Below are positions 37,439-46,068 of a DNA stretch of 47,413 nt, piece after piece. This DNA comes from Bdellovibrionota bacterium (lineage in GTDB: Bacteria; Bdellovibrionota_C; UBA2361; OMII01). A model generated the notes under the pieces. It was not told the DNA's origin and made no database searches. It saw only the letters and a list, made by a program, of their open reading frames with translations. The translations under genes and the position numbers were made by a program. The DNA is taken from NCBI GenBank assembly GCA_044345405.1, contig JBIJBE010000026.1, positions 1-47,413 on the forward strand. Direction: 5' to 3'. Numbering within the stretch: the first letter of the stretch is position 1; each line of letters opens with the position of its first letter.

Positions 37439-38992
37439 CTACCCAATCGCCTGAGCGGACTGATTGGAAGATCGAGCCAAATCAACTACTTCCTTCAGCA
37501 TCTCAAGCTTAGTGATGATGCGAGGTACCTTATTCTGTCCCCCCAGCTTGCCCCGTTGCCGCATCCACTCCGCGAAGAAGCCGGGGGCTACGGGAAGGAT
37601 CTCGGGAGCCTTGAGCCCGAAGCCATCTGAGCGATGAGCCTCGTAGTCTTCGTTTCGTTTGCAGAGTCGCGCGTCGAGTGTCTGTTGGAAGCGCGCTAAT
37701 GTCTCGCTCGAAGGAAGTGCGTTAGCGAACTCGACGACGTAGATGTGTCCACCGAGTTCTCCCGAGCGTTCGGGGAACACAGGGCCAACGGTGAAGTCTG
37801 ATACCTCGGTGTTGGTCTCATGCGCAGCGGTCGCGATTCCATCCTCGATCTCCTCAGCGATGAGGTGCTCTCCAAATGCGGAGAGGTAGTACGAGGTGCG
37901 ACCGGTTACGAGAACGCGTGGTGTCTTCGTATCGACAAAGCGAACGGTGTCGCCGATCACATACGACCAGAGTCCGGCGCACGTCGTAAGGATGATCGCG
38001 TAGTTCACATCCTGCTGAACGTTGCCGATCCAGTGGCGAGTTGGTTGCGCGCTCTCAAGCTCCTCAAGGGGAACGAACTCAAAGAAGATCCCGTGATCGA
38101 GGTTCATGCGGAGTCCATCGCCATAACCACGATCTCCAACCGCAATGAAGCCTTCGCTCGCCGGATACACCTCGCGAAGCTCCGCGTGGCTGTCAGTGAG
38201 AAGCTCTCGGAATCGCTCTACGTATGGAGAGAAGTTAACGCCGCCGTGCACCACCATTTCAAGGTTTTCGTAGATGCGCCCGATCTTGTTCTGCGCTTCC
38301 GGTCGGAGTGAATTGAGTTTGTCGAAGAAGATCAGCATCCACGCTGGAACGCCGGAGATCATGCGGATGTCCTCGGTAAGGGAGAGGTTCGCTAAAGTGT
38401 CGATCTTCTCCTCCCAGTTTTTGAGGAGCGCTAAATCGGCGGGTGGGAAGTATCGCATCTTCGCCCACCAGGGCAGCTCTTTTACTGAGATACCACTCAG
38501 ATCTCCGAAGTAGATACCGGGGGCGGCGTTTGTGAGGTCGGTGCTTCCACCGAGCATGAAGCTCTTACCACCCATCAAACGAGAGTGCGGGCGATTCGTG
38601 ACGTGATGAATGAGAAGATCGGTTCCCGCCTTCGTGTTGGACTTCAACATCTCGCGGGAGTAGGGGATGTACTTCGTCGTTCCCGATGATGTTCCCGAAC
38701 TCACCGGAAAGTAGGGGATCGTTCCCGGCCACGTGCAGTCCGTGAGAACAGGAAAGCTCTCCTGCCAAAAGTCTCTCCAGAAGTCCTCGTACTTTCGAAG
38801 TGGAACCTGTCGTTGGTAGTCCTCAATAGAATTGATCGAGGAGAAGCCGTGCATCTTCCCGAACTTCGTCGACGCCGCGTGGCGGACGAGCCCTAAAAGT
38901 TGCTTCTTTTGGGTTTCAGCGGGGTTAAGGGTGTTGAGTTGCTGGTTACGCCAACGGGCGTAGAGCCGAAGGAGAGGGGTTGCGTCAAACAT
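37439..38992 (-). CDS. GH3 family acyl-adenylating amido synthetase
   Basis: SSGTSSGTTKYIP, EVYPASEGF, GLWSYVIGDTVRF and GKLGGQNKVPR. Confidence 0.95.
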   Translation of the reverse strand: MFDATPLLRLYARWRNQQLNTLNPAETQKKQLLGLVRHAASTKFGKMHGFSSINSIEDYQRQVPLRKYEDFWRDFWQESFPVLTDCTWPGTIPYFPVSSGTSSGTTKYIPYSREMLKSNTKAGTDLLIHHVTNRPHSRLMGGKSFMLGGSTDLTNAAPGIYFGDLSGISVKELPWWAKMRYFPPADLALLKNWEEKIDTLANLSLTEDIRMISGVPAWMLIFFDKLNSLRPEAQNKIGRIYENLEMVVHGGVNFSPYVERFRELLTDSHAELREVYPASEGFIAVGDRGYGDGLRMNLDHGIFFEFVPLEELESAQPTRHWIGNVQQDVNYAIILTTCAGLWSYVIGDTVRFVDTKTPRVLVTGRTSYYLSAFGEHLIAEEIEDGIATAAHETNTEVSDFTVGPVFPERSGELGGHIYVVEFANALPSSETLARFQQTLDARLCKRNEDYEAHRSDGFGLKAPEILPVAPGFFAEWMRQRGKLGGQNKVPRIITKLEMLKEVVDLARSSNQSAQAIG

Positions 38993-39013
38993 GGACCGTC
39001 CAGGGTGAGACCT

Positions 39014-39274
39014 TTAAGCAAGGCCGCCAGCATGACCCTGAAATCGTTGCTCGGCAAGTACGCCCGGAAGTGAGGGGCCAACGAAGAGGACGACTGACCC
39101 CTCGATGCGACCCGAACGGGCTATCATCTTGAGGAGTTCTCGGCGGTTAGGGCTGTGGTGGCGAATACGCCCCGCATGGGGATGGATGTTCTCTGGCTTC
39201 CAGGAGTAGGTCGTAAGCTCAACCCACTCACCCTCGAACGCTTCACGAATCCGGCTCCATGGAATCTGTGCCAT
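39014..39274 (-). CDS. Small hypothetical protein (DUF5678-like)
   Basis: TTGATA-N17-TACGAT promoter and AGGGGA RBS; WSRIREAFEGEWV...IRHHSPNR...VLFVG pattern. Confidence 0.65.
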   Translation of the reverse strand: MAQIPWSRIREAFEGEWVELTTYSWKPENIHPHAGRIRHHSPNRRELLKMIARSGRIEGSVVLFVGPSLPGVLAEQRFQGHAGGLA

Positions 39275-39511
39275 GACTATCCCCTTGGTAAAGTACGTAC
39301 TCATCGTACAGGTCTTTTCGGCGCTTATCAAAATTATTTTCGCCCGCCCCCTGAGGGGGCGAGGCTCGGCCCGTCCCCTAAGGTGCTCGTCGTCCCAGCA
39401 AGGGGCTGAAGGGACGGTGCTTCCCCTCATTGTGGTGTTGCCGTGAAGGCGCGACCTATGTTCGTGAGGGGAGGGAGAGGTCTCTTCGGCGGGAAGAGCT
39501 TGATATGGGGA

Positions 39512-39820
39512 CTAAGCGGCGATCTTTGTTCTCGATACCGAGAGCTTCACCTCGTACCCGAGCGCTCCGAGGATTCGGATGAGTAGGTCGGTGGTGACGT
39601 GTTGCAGATTTCTGTTGAGGATGGAGGTGATGCGAGTGCGAGAGGTTTTTGCTCTTTGTGCTACCTCGGCGTGCGTTAACCGTTCTTTGTCGACGGCGGC
39701 GATCAGGGCAGACGCGAGTTCGCTTTTTGCTCGCCATTCGTGAGCCGCGGTTGGGGGCAATCCAAGGGTTTTTGCAAGTTCAGCGCCGTTTCGGGCTACC
39801 GTAACTTTTTGCTTAGCCAT
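39512..39820 (-). CDS. XRE-family HTH antitoxin (HigA-like)
   Basis: AKSELASALI...LTHAEVAQRAKTSRTRITSILN...TTDLLIRILGALG; 8-bp overlap with the upstream toxin. Confidence 0.88.
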   Translation of the reverse strand: MAKQKVTVARNGAELAKTLGLPPTAAHEWRAKSELASALIAAVDKERLTHAEVAQRAKTSRTRITSILNRNLQHVTTDLLIRILGALGYEVKLSVSRTKIAA

Positions 39821-40142
39821 GTCCCATCTCCTTCAAACGCTTGCGGCCTAATTCGATATCGAGGGCAGCGGTCTTCTGTGTCCCCTTCTTGAAGACATGG
39901 ATCACCAAGATCCCCTCGTTCGACCTTGTGAAGTAGAAGGCTCGGTACGTTCCATCTCTACCTCTAATCCGCAACTCTTCAACCCCTTGCGCAACGCTCG
40001 GCATCGGCCGTGCCAGCGGCATCGACAGTGTGAATCCCTGCTGTAACAGGAAGAGCGCTTGACCAAACTCATCCTTGATCTGATCCGGTAGCTGCCGAAT
40101 CGCTTCCCGTGCTCTAGGATGGAATATGATTCGCTTTGTCAT
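39813..40142 (-). CDS. RelE/ParE-superfamily toxin (Gp49/HigB-like)
   Basis: RPMPSVAQGVEELRIRGRDGTYRAFY...VIHVFKKGTQKT; toxin-first gene order. Confidence 0.92.
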   Translation of the reverse strand: MTKRIIFHPRAREAIRQLPDQIKDEFGQALFLLQQGFTLSMPLARPMPSVAQGVEELRIRGRDGTYRAFYFTRSNEGILVIHVFKKGTQKTAALDIELGRKRLKEMGHG

Positions 40143-40143
40143 A

Positions 40144-40173
40144 AGTATGTATCAAATTTGATACTTTCGTCAA
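40144..40173 (-). promoter_or_regulatory. TA operon promoter with palindromic operator
   Basis: TTGACG -35 (40173-40168); perfect 16-bp palindrome GTATCAAATTTGATAC (40149-40164) in the spacer. Confidence 0.75.
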
Positions 40174-40385
40174 GGAAGATGTGTCGCGCTCCTGACCCCG
40201 GTGCTACGGGGCGCGGTATGAGTTCGTACTAATCGGAGCGGGCGGGTGTTTGTTGCTCTTCCTATCTATTTTTCCTCTGTAGCCGGGCTACTCTAATTTC
40301 TTGATAATTTCAGCTGCTCGAGACTCGGCGCGATTCGGAGATGAATTCAACCAGAGGATCCTCCAAGGATTTTCGAGTGGTCCTG

Positions 40386-40979
40386 CTACCGACATAAAAT
40401 CTCGCGAATAGCGAGTATCTGGCGTCTATGCAGATGCATGTGGAAGCCGGCGAAAAAATGCCATTGCTGCGCATCGAGCTCCCCGAACCACGGATGTTTC
40501 CAAGTCATGTTGGTCCTGAGGTCCTGTGCGTTGTTCGTTATCTCCTCGAACCGATTGCACGCGTGCTCGAAGTCGTTCAGTGTCGCCGCGTCGGCTGAAG
40601 TGCTCGGCTTAACCCCTTTGGTGGTTGCGATGTGTTGGGGACGCACGCCAAGAATTAGATCCTGGATGATAGTCGCCACCTCGGTATTCACAATACGCAG
40701 ATGATCGACGGTCATGTAGACGGACCAAAATCTACTACTATCCTCTAGTCCGCGCAGCCTTTTGATCAAGATGGGTCTGGCTGCGGCCGTCTGGTCCAAT
40801 TCCCTAGAGAGTCTAAGAATCTCCTCTCGCTCGAGCTTGAAAGTAGCGGCAGCCTCTTGGCGAGAGGTGCGATTATATCTCCACCACACGAGCAATCGTG
40901 CCACGAGCAGTTCATACAGGGGCAAGCCCTTTCCGGGAGGTTGGAGAATTGGTTGGTTCGTGTGTGGGATGGTTGTCAT
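40386..40979 (-). CDS. DinB-family protein
   Basis: WSVYMTVDHL, HPWFGELDAQQW and HMHLHRRQI metal-binding His pattern. Confidence 0.88.
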   Translation of the reverse strand: MTTIPHTNQPILQPPGKGLPLYELLVARLLVWWRYNRTSRQEAAATFKLEREEILRLSRELDQTAAARPILIKRLRGLEDSSRFWSVYMTVDHLRIVNTEVATIIQDLILGVRPQHIATTKGVKPSTSADAATLNDFEHACNRFEEITNNAQDLRTNMTWKHPWFGELDAQQWHFFAGFHMHLHRRQILAIREILCR

Positions 40980-41019
40980 GCTTGCAATAGTGAAGTAAGT
41001 TAGTTGCATAGTGCAAGTA
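40979..41019. promoter_or_regulatory. Tandem operators between divergent dinB-like and hxlR-like genes
   Basis: TGCTTGCAATAGTGAAGTA (40979-40997) and TAGTTGCATAGTGCAAGTA (41001-41019), 22 bp apart, overlapping a minus-strand TTGCAC-N18-CACTAT. Confidence 0.65.
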
Positions 41020-41043
41020 AAAATACGCAGGCCAAAGTATCAT

Positions 41044-41430
41044 ATGGCGCAAAAATCTCCGAAACATACGAGAGCAGGCAGGCGTCGCTCCCCATGCCCG
41101 GTCGCGTGCGCTCTTGACCTTCTGGGAGATCGCTGGACGTTTCTGATCGTGAGAGACCTGCTCCATGGGCGCTCTCGCTTTAAAGACTTTATGTCGTCTC
41201 CGGAGAGCCCGCCTACCAATATTCTCACAGAGCGCCTTAATCGGCTGGTGCGGCACGGTTTAGTAAGACGAGCTCCCGCGCAGGATGGGAGCAAACATCA
41301 GGCTTATGAACTGACTCAAAAGGGGGAGGATTTGCGACCCATTTTGCAAACGCTGCGCGATTGGGGGCTGCGGTGGATACCTCGAACAGAGGCGCGAATG
41401 AGCGGCACGTATCAATCCTTCTCTGGATGA
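41044..41430 (+). CDS. HxlR/DUF24-family winged-helix regulator
   Basis: CPVACALDLLGDRWTFLIVRDL...ILTERLNRL...YELTQKG...LRDWG. Confidence 0.95.
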   Translation: MAQKSPKHTRAGRRRSPCPVACALDLLGDRWTFLIVRDLLHGRSRFKDFMSSPESPPTNILTERLNRLVRHGLVRRAPAQDGSKHQAYELTQKGEDLRPILQTLRDWGLRWIPRTEARMSGTYQSFSG

Positions 41431-41873
41431 TGAGAGGCAGTGGTTGTCGGTGATTAGGAACGATGTCGATTTGAGTTCCTGTATGTGGAAGTATTTATGG
41501 TATGTGGCTACGCTCGCGCTGAGGCCCCTGTTTCGGCATTCGCCCGAAGTGAGCGTGCAGTGCGATATGAGATCGAGAGCGGTATCCGAGGCACGAGAAA
41601 CATGGAAATTCATGGCTACGAGTAGGGAAATGCCACTGAGGATTGGAAGAGCACCAACCCAACCGTGCGATTCGAATCTTTCCGGGACCGTGCGCCATTA
41701 ATAGGGAAGGGAGTACGGGAAGAGTATTGAGAAAGGGTAGTAGTTACAGACACTTCGACCCCTGTGTTGGTGATGCTTGGGCACGAATCAGCGGTAAGGC
41801 TCTGGTTTACCGTCCGTAGTCATCTCCCACTTAGATAGTGTACGCTCTACCTCCCTACACGTACGAGGTTTCT

Positions 41874-43190
41874 ATGGCTAAACCATCAAAGATCTCCGGC
41901 TTTCCGGAGTGGCTCCCTGAGCAAAAGATCGCCGAAGAGAAGGTGATCTCGACGATTAAAGGTATCTACGAAAGCTTCGGCTTCTCGCCGATCGAGACGC
42001 CGGCGGTCGAGCTCCTGACAACGCTCGGTTCGAAGGGCGTCATCGACAAAGAGATCTTCGCGGTGAAGCGCCTCAAAGCTGAGGAGGGTGATGAGGCTGA
42101 GCTTGGGCTTCACTTCGACCTCACCGTTCCTCTCGCGCGGTATGTGGCGCAGCACGCGCATGCGCTCGTCTTCCCCTTTAAGCGATACCAACTCCAGAAG
42201 GTGTGGCGTGGTGATCGTCCACAGAAGGGGCGTTTTAGAGAGTTCTACCAATTCGATATCGATATCATAGGCCGGAACGACCTTCCGCTCTCGTGTGACG
42301 CGGAAGTTGTTTCAGTGATCGGTTTGGTGATGGAGGCTCTGCAGTTCGGGCCCTACACCATTCGCATCAACAATAGAAAGTTGCTCGGCGGTATCTACGC
42401 TGAGCTCGGTCTCTCAGAGACAGCTCGTAAGGCCGCTATTATCGCGGTCGATAAGATATTAAAGATCGGCGCGGATGGTGTGGCGCGTGAGCTTCAAAAG
42501 ATTGAGGGGATCTCGCAGACAGCCATTGATACGATCCTGAAGTCGACAACGATTCAGTGTCCTATCGATCAGCTCGCGGAGAAGGTCGCGGCGCTTAACA
42601 CCTCAAGCGCGCAGATTAGTGAGGGTGTGCAAGAGCTCATCACTATCAGTTCGCTTCTTCCCGCTTCTGTGCGCGAGCGGCTCGTTATTGATGTAAGCCT
42701 TGCGCGAGGTCTGGATTACTACACCGGACTTATCGTTGAGACCGTTTTTGATAAGCACCCTGAGTTTGGAAGTGTCATCTCTGGTGGACGGTATGACGAT
42801 CTCGCCTCTGAGTTTACGGATCAAAAACTGCCGGGCGTTGGTGTCTCGATCGGATTAAGCCGTTTGATGGAGTTAGCCTTCAGTGAGAGCCTTGTCGCGA
42901 CGGCGCGGAAAAGTCCGACTGAGGTTCTGGTAACGGTGTATGATGAGGCCGATCGGCCGCACCTCAATATAGTCGCGCAGGAGCTTCGTTCCCTTGGGGT
43001 TCCGACAGAGGTGTTTTTTAAGTGTCCTAAGTTGGGCAAGCAGATCGAGTACGCTGAATCGAAGGGAATTCGCTACGTCGCGTTTGTTGACTCCACGACT
43101 CGCGCGGTTCAGATCAAGGATATCGTTTCTAAGGAACAGGTGGCGGTGTCCTCGCTCGCGGAGTGGGTTCGAACCGTTCGGCAGGGCTAG
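41874..43190 (+). CDS. hisS: Histidine--tRNA ligase
   Basis: SGFPEWLP, FDLTVPLARY, WRGDRPQKGRFREFYQFDID, LARGLDYYTG and GGRYDDL. Confidence 0.98.
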   Translation: MAKPSKISGFPEWLPEQKIAEEKVISTIKGIYESFGFSPIETPAVELLTTLGSKGVIDKEIFAVKRLKAEEGDEAELGLHFDLTVPLARYVAQHAHALVFPFKRYQLQKVWRGDRPQKGRFREFYQFDIDIIGRNDLPLSCDAEVVSVIGLVMEALQFGPYTIRINNRKLLGGIYAELGLSETARKAAIIAVDKILKIGADGVARELQKIEGISQTAIDTILKSTTIQCPIDQLAEKVAALNTSSAQISEGVQELITISSLLPASVRERLVIDVSLARGLDYYTGLIVETVFDKHPEFGSVISGGRYDDLASEFTDQKLPGVGVSIGLSRLMELAFSESLVATARKSPTEVLVTVYDEADRPHLNIVAQELRSLGVPTEVFFKCPKLGKQIEYAESKGIRYVAFVDSTTRAVQIKDIVSKEQVAVSSLAEWVRTVRQG

Positions 43191-43191
43191 T

Positions 43192-43596
43192 ATGGCGCAG
43201 GCGTTCTCGGTTCGCACACCAGGCCAGGGGCTTCATGAGATAACAGAACGTGTCGCTCGAGTGGTTCACGACTCGGGAGTGGAGGATGGTTTGTGCACGG
43301 TCTTTATCCGACACACATCAGCGAGCCTCACGATTCAGGAGAACGCCGACCCTTCAGCGAAGGCTGACCTTGAGGCGTGGCTGAACCGGTTGGTTCCTGA
43401 AAACGATCGGTTGTACACCCACACCTTTGAAGGGCCCGATGATATGCCGTCGCATATCAAAGCGGTTTTGACGAACGTGTCCCTCTCCATTCCGGTCATT
43501 GAGGGCCGGCTAACCCTTGGAACGTGGCAGGGGATATACCTCTGGGAGCACAGAAGGAGTCCCCATACCCGCGAAATAGTAGTACATGTTGGATAA
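43192..43596 (+). CDS. yjbQ: YjbQ (UPF0047) family protein
   Basis: HTSASLTIQENADP, EGPDDMPSHIK and LGTWQGIYLWEHR. Confidence 0.95.
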   Translation: MAQAFSVRTPGQGLHEITERVARVVHDSGVEDGLCTVFIRHTSASLTIQENADPSAKADLEAWLNRLVPENDRLYTHTFEGPDDMPSHIKAVLTNVSLSIPVIEGRLTLGTWQGIYLWEHRRSPHTREIVVHVG

Positions 43597-43677
43597 GGTT
43601 GGCACATTCGCCCCTCGACGGCGTACAATAAGGGGAGCCCCTACGGGGCACCGGCACACCCCCTCCCATAAGGGCCC

Positions 43678-43787
43678 CGTGAACGTGCTCGTGCGCGTAA
43701 ACGTGCACGGGACCCGTGAGAAGGGCGCAAACGAGCTTCTTCGTGTACGTGCGTGTTTACGCGCAGGTGCACACGTGCGTGTCGTAT
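43678..43787. repeat. Degenerate CGTGNN hexamer array forming an inverted repeat
   Basis: cgtgaa-cgtgct-cgtgcg-cgtaaa-cgtgca on the left arm and cgtgta-cgtgcg-tgttta-cgcgca-ggtgca on the right; perfect 11-bp inverted repeat at 43692-43702 / 43755-43765. Confidence 0.7.
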
Positions 43788-43841
43788 AGGTTAGTGAATT
43801 TTTCTCTCGCTCCCTGAGGGGAGTGAGCGGCCCAAGGCAGT

Positions 43842-44441
43842 ATGTCGCAACGTTGGCAAAAAGTAGACGCATTCTTACAGGACGTTTTCTTCGTTACGGG
43901 GAATCGTTTTAAGCTTGCCGAAGTTGAAGCGGTTCTCGGCAAGATGCGCCACGTTGATCTCGATCTCCCTGAGGTTCAAGAGCTTGATTCCCGAAAAGTT
44001 GTAATCGCCAAAGCGCAAGCCGCCGTTCATCAAGGCTATTCACCGGTACTGATAGAGGACACCTCGTTATCACTTGCTGCCTTGAACGGACTTCCAGGTC
44101 CGCTCATTAAATGGTTCTTGAAGGCCCTCGGCGGAGAAGGGGTCTACCAGATGGGACTTTCTCGTAACGATTGTCAGGCTGAGGTCCGAACGATATTCGG
44201 ACTTGCGCTCGGTCCTCAAACCCTAATCTACGGAGAGGGGGTTGTGCCCGGCAAGGTTGTGCCTCCTCGTGGACGAGGATTTGGGTGGGACTCAATCTTT
44301 CAGCCGGATGGAAGTGATCTTACGATGGGTGAGATGACGCCTGAGCAGAAGTCATCGTTTAGTATGCGGGTGCGGGCTTTGCAGGACCTCCGTGTGCAGC
44401 TTGAGCGATTCCACGCATCGATCGCTCGTGACAACGACTAA
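43842..44441 (+). CDS. Non-canonical purine NTP pyrophosphatase (RdgB/HAM1/ITPase family)
   Basis: FVTGNRFK, LPEVQ, EDTSL...LNGLPGPLIKWF, GFGWDSIFQPDG and SMR. Confidence 0.93.
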   Translation: MSQRWQKVDAFLQDVFFVTGNRFKLAEVEAVLGKMRHVDLDLPEVQELDSRKVVIAKAQAAVHQGYSPVLIEDTSLSLAALNGLPGPLIKWFLKALGGEGVYQMGLSRNDCQAEVRTIFGLALGPQTLIYGEGVVPGKVVPPRGRGFGWDSIFQPDGSDLTMGEMTPEQKSSFSMRVRALQDLRVQLERFHASIARDND

Positions 44442-44460
44442 GTGAAATGTACGTATTACC

Positions 44461-45570
44461 GTGAGCTCGTCATCAGAGGGCAGATCTCCAAAGCTCTCCA
44501 AGAACATCGAGAAGGTGGCGCGATCGCTTTTTGCTGATATCGAAACGCAGCAGTTGTTTCTGCGCGCGGTTGAGCAGGGAGAGAGCGGCGTCACCGGTGT
44601 GGTGTGGTTATACGGCGATCCGCAAACTGGCAGCTTCGCGACCGGTGACCGCCCGGAGTGGCTCCCCGCATGGATCGATGTCGCGGCGGTGGGTGAACGC
44701 CCAGGAAAACTACCAGCGCACGATCAAGGTGACGTGTACTGCATGGACCTCTCGTCCACCTTCGCCTGCGCCGCGCTCTCCGCGATCCCAGAGCAGGGTG
44801 GCGTTATCGTCGATGTGTGCGCCTCTCCGGGAGGAAAGGGGATCGTCGCGAGAAGGTATCTCCAGCCCGGTCTCGTTGTGGGTAACGAGGTAATCGGGAA
44901 GCGAACGGCGCAGCTCATTTCGAACTACAAGCGTTGTCGAATAGATCCATCTGTCGTGACCTCACTCGATCCAGAGAACCTTGGTTCTGAGATACCGCAG
45001 AGCGCCGATCTCGTGATCGTTGACGCGCCGTGCTCGGGACAGTCGCTTCTCTTGAAAGGGGTGGCTGCCCCCGGGGCGTTTCATCCAGCGACGATAGGAA
45101 TGAATGAGCGGCGACAACGCAGAATTCTCGCGCACTCACAGAAGATGGTCGCCCCAGGTGGATATCTTCTCTACGCGACCTGCACCTTTTCGAGAGAGGA
45201 GAATGAGGACAACGTGGAGTGGTTCCTGAAAACATTTCCGGAGTTCTCCGCTGTGAGTGTTCCGGTCCTTGAGCTCTATCGATCTCATATCGGAGAGGCC
45301 GCTACCTATCGACTCCTGCCACACCAAGGAAAGGGCGCCGGCGCGTTCTGCGCGCTCCTTCGTCGCCAACCTACCGAGGCGCGTTTCGAACGTGAGTCAC
45401 CTGATAGTGTGACCGCGAAGCTTCGAACCGCGTGGCGCTCGCCAACGCTTTTTGTCTCCCGCGCGCCCACCGCTGGCGATCGTCGGGATCGGAAGCGTGA
45501 CGACAAGGGTAAGCGCGCCGCGAAGTACGAGCGACATAAGACGAAGCAGATGTTGCGGAGGTTGGAGTAG
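44461..45570 (+). CDS. RsmB/RsmF (NOL1/NOP2/Sun) RNA m5C methyltransferase
   Basis: DVCASPGGK, VDAPCSG, LYATCTFSREENEDNV and YRLLPH. Confidence 0.93.
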   Translation: MSSSSEGRSPKLSKNIEKVARSLFADIETQQLFLRAVEQGESGVTGVVWLYGDPQTGSFATGDRPEWLPAWIDVAAVGERPGKLPAHDQGDVYCMDLSSTFACAALSAIPEQGGVIVDVCASPGGKGIVARRYLQPGLVVGNEVIGKRTAQLISNYKRCRIDPSVVTSLDPENLGSEIPQSADLVIVDAPCSGQSLLLKGVAAPGAFHPATIGMNERRQRRILAHSQKMVAPGGYLLYATCTFSREENEDNVEWFLKTFPEFSAVSVPVLELYRSHIGEAATYRLLPHQGKGAGAFCALLRRQPTEARFERESPDSVTAKLRTAWRSPTLFVSRAPTAGDRRDRKRDDKGKRAAKYERHKTKQMLRRLE

Positions 45571-45626
45571 GGGCATCGTTGCTACCCTTTCGCCCGAGGG
45601 ATAGCCCGTTTGCAATTTGACAAAAG

Positions 45627-45664
45627 TTTGGCGACCGAGGATGGTCGTCACCGACCGCCGCGTT
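45627..45664. repeat. Internally deleted REP doublet
   Basis: TTTGGCGACCGAGGATGGTCGTCACCGACCGCCGCGTT joins the outer left and outer right ends of the doublets at 24115 and 29255. Confidence 0.65.
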
Positions 45665-45917
45665 GTGAGCCGCAAAGAACATGCGCAGCGCGCACGGTCG
45701 CGCGCCCTGTTCCACTTTAAGTAGAACCGCCCCGAAAAAAGTTTCAACCGAACACACCTTCATCTTTCAGCTAGTTGCGCCGTTTTCACGCGTGTCGCTT
45801 CTATATATTTCGCCAGCTTGCCTCGGTGTTAGCGTGCCTGACATTAGGCCCGTAGTAAGCGGAGAACGACGATTCTGCTACAATCCTCCGCGTACGCCCA
45901 CCTCATGGAACGTTGCC

Positions 45918-46067
45918 ATGCATGACGAACAACAAAAGAAGGAGGAGCTTCTTGACCTCCTACGAGCCGAGATTGCGGCGCTCCTGTGCGCGGATGACGT
46001 GAGCGAGGAGGAAAAGGTGTTTCGGATGAGGCTGGCGCAAACAATTATTGAACAGGGAGTAGCGTAG
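45918..46067 (+). CDS. Small acidic helical hypothetical protein (49 aa)
   Basis: Amphipathic helices; stop is 1 bp before the next ATG, consistent with coupling. Confidence 0.55.
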   Translation: MHDEQQKKEELLDLLRAEIAALLCADDVSEEEKVFRMRLAQTIIEQGVA

Positions 46068-46068
46068 T

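Noticed and set aside
41431-41830. Possible gene or pseudogene between hxlR and hisS
   Set aside because: Short ORFs on both strands with no RBS or recognisable motif; one hydrophobic stretch is insufficient evidence.
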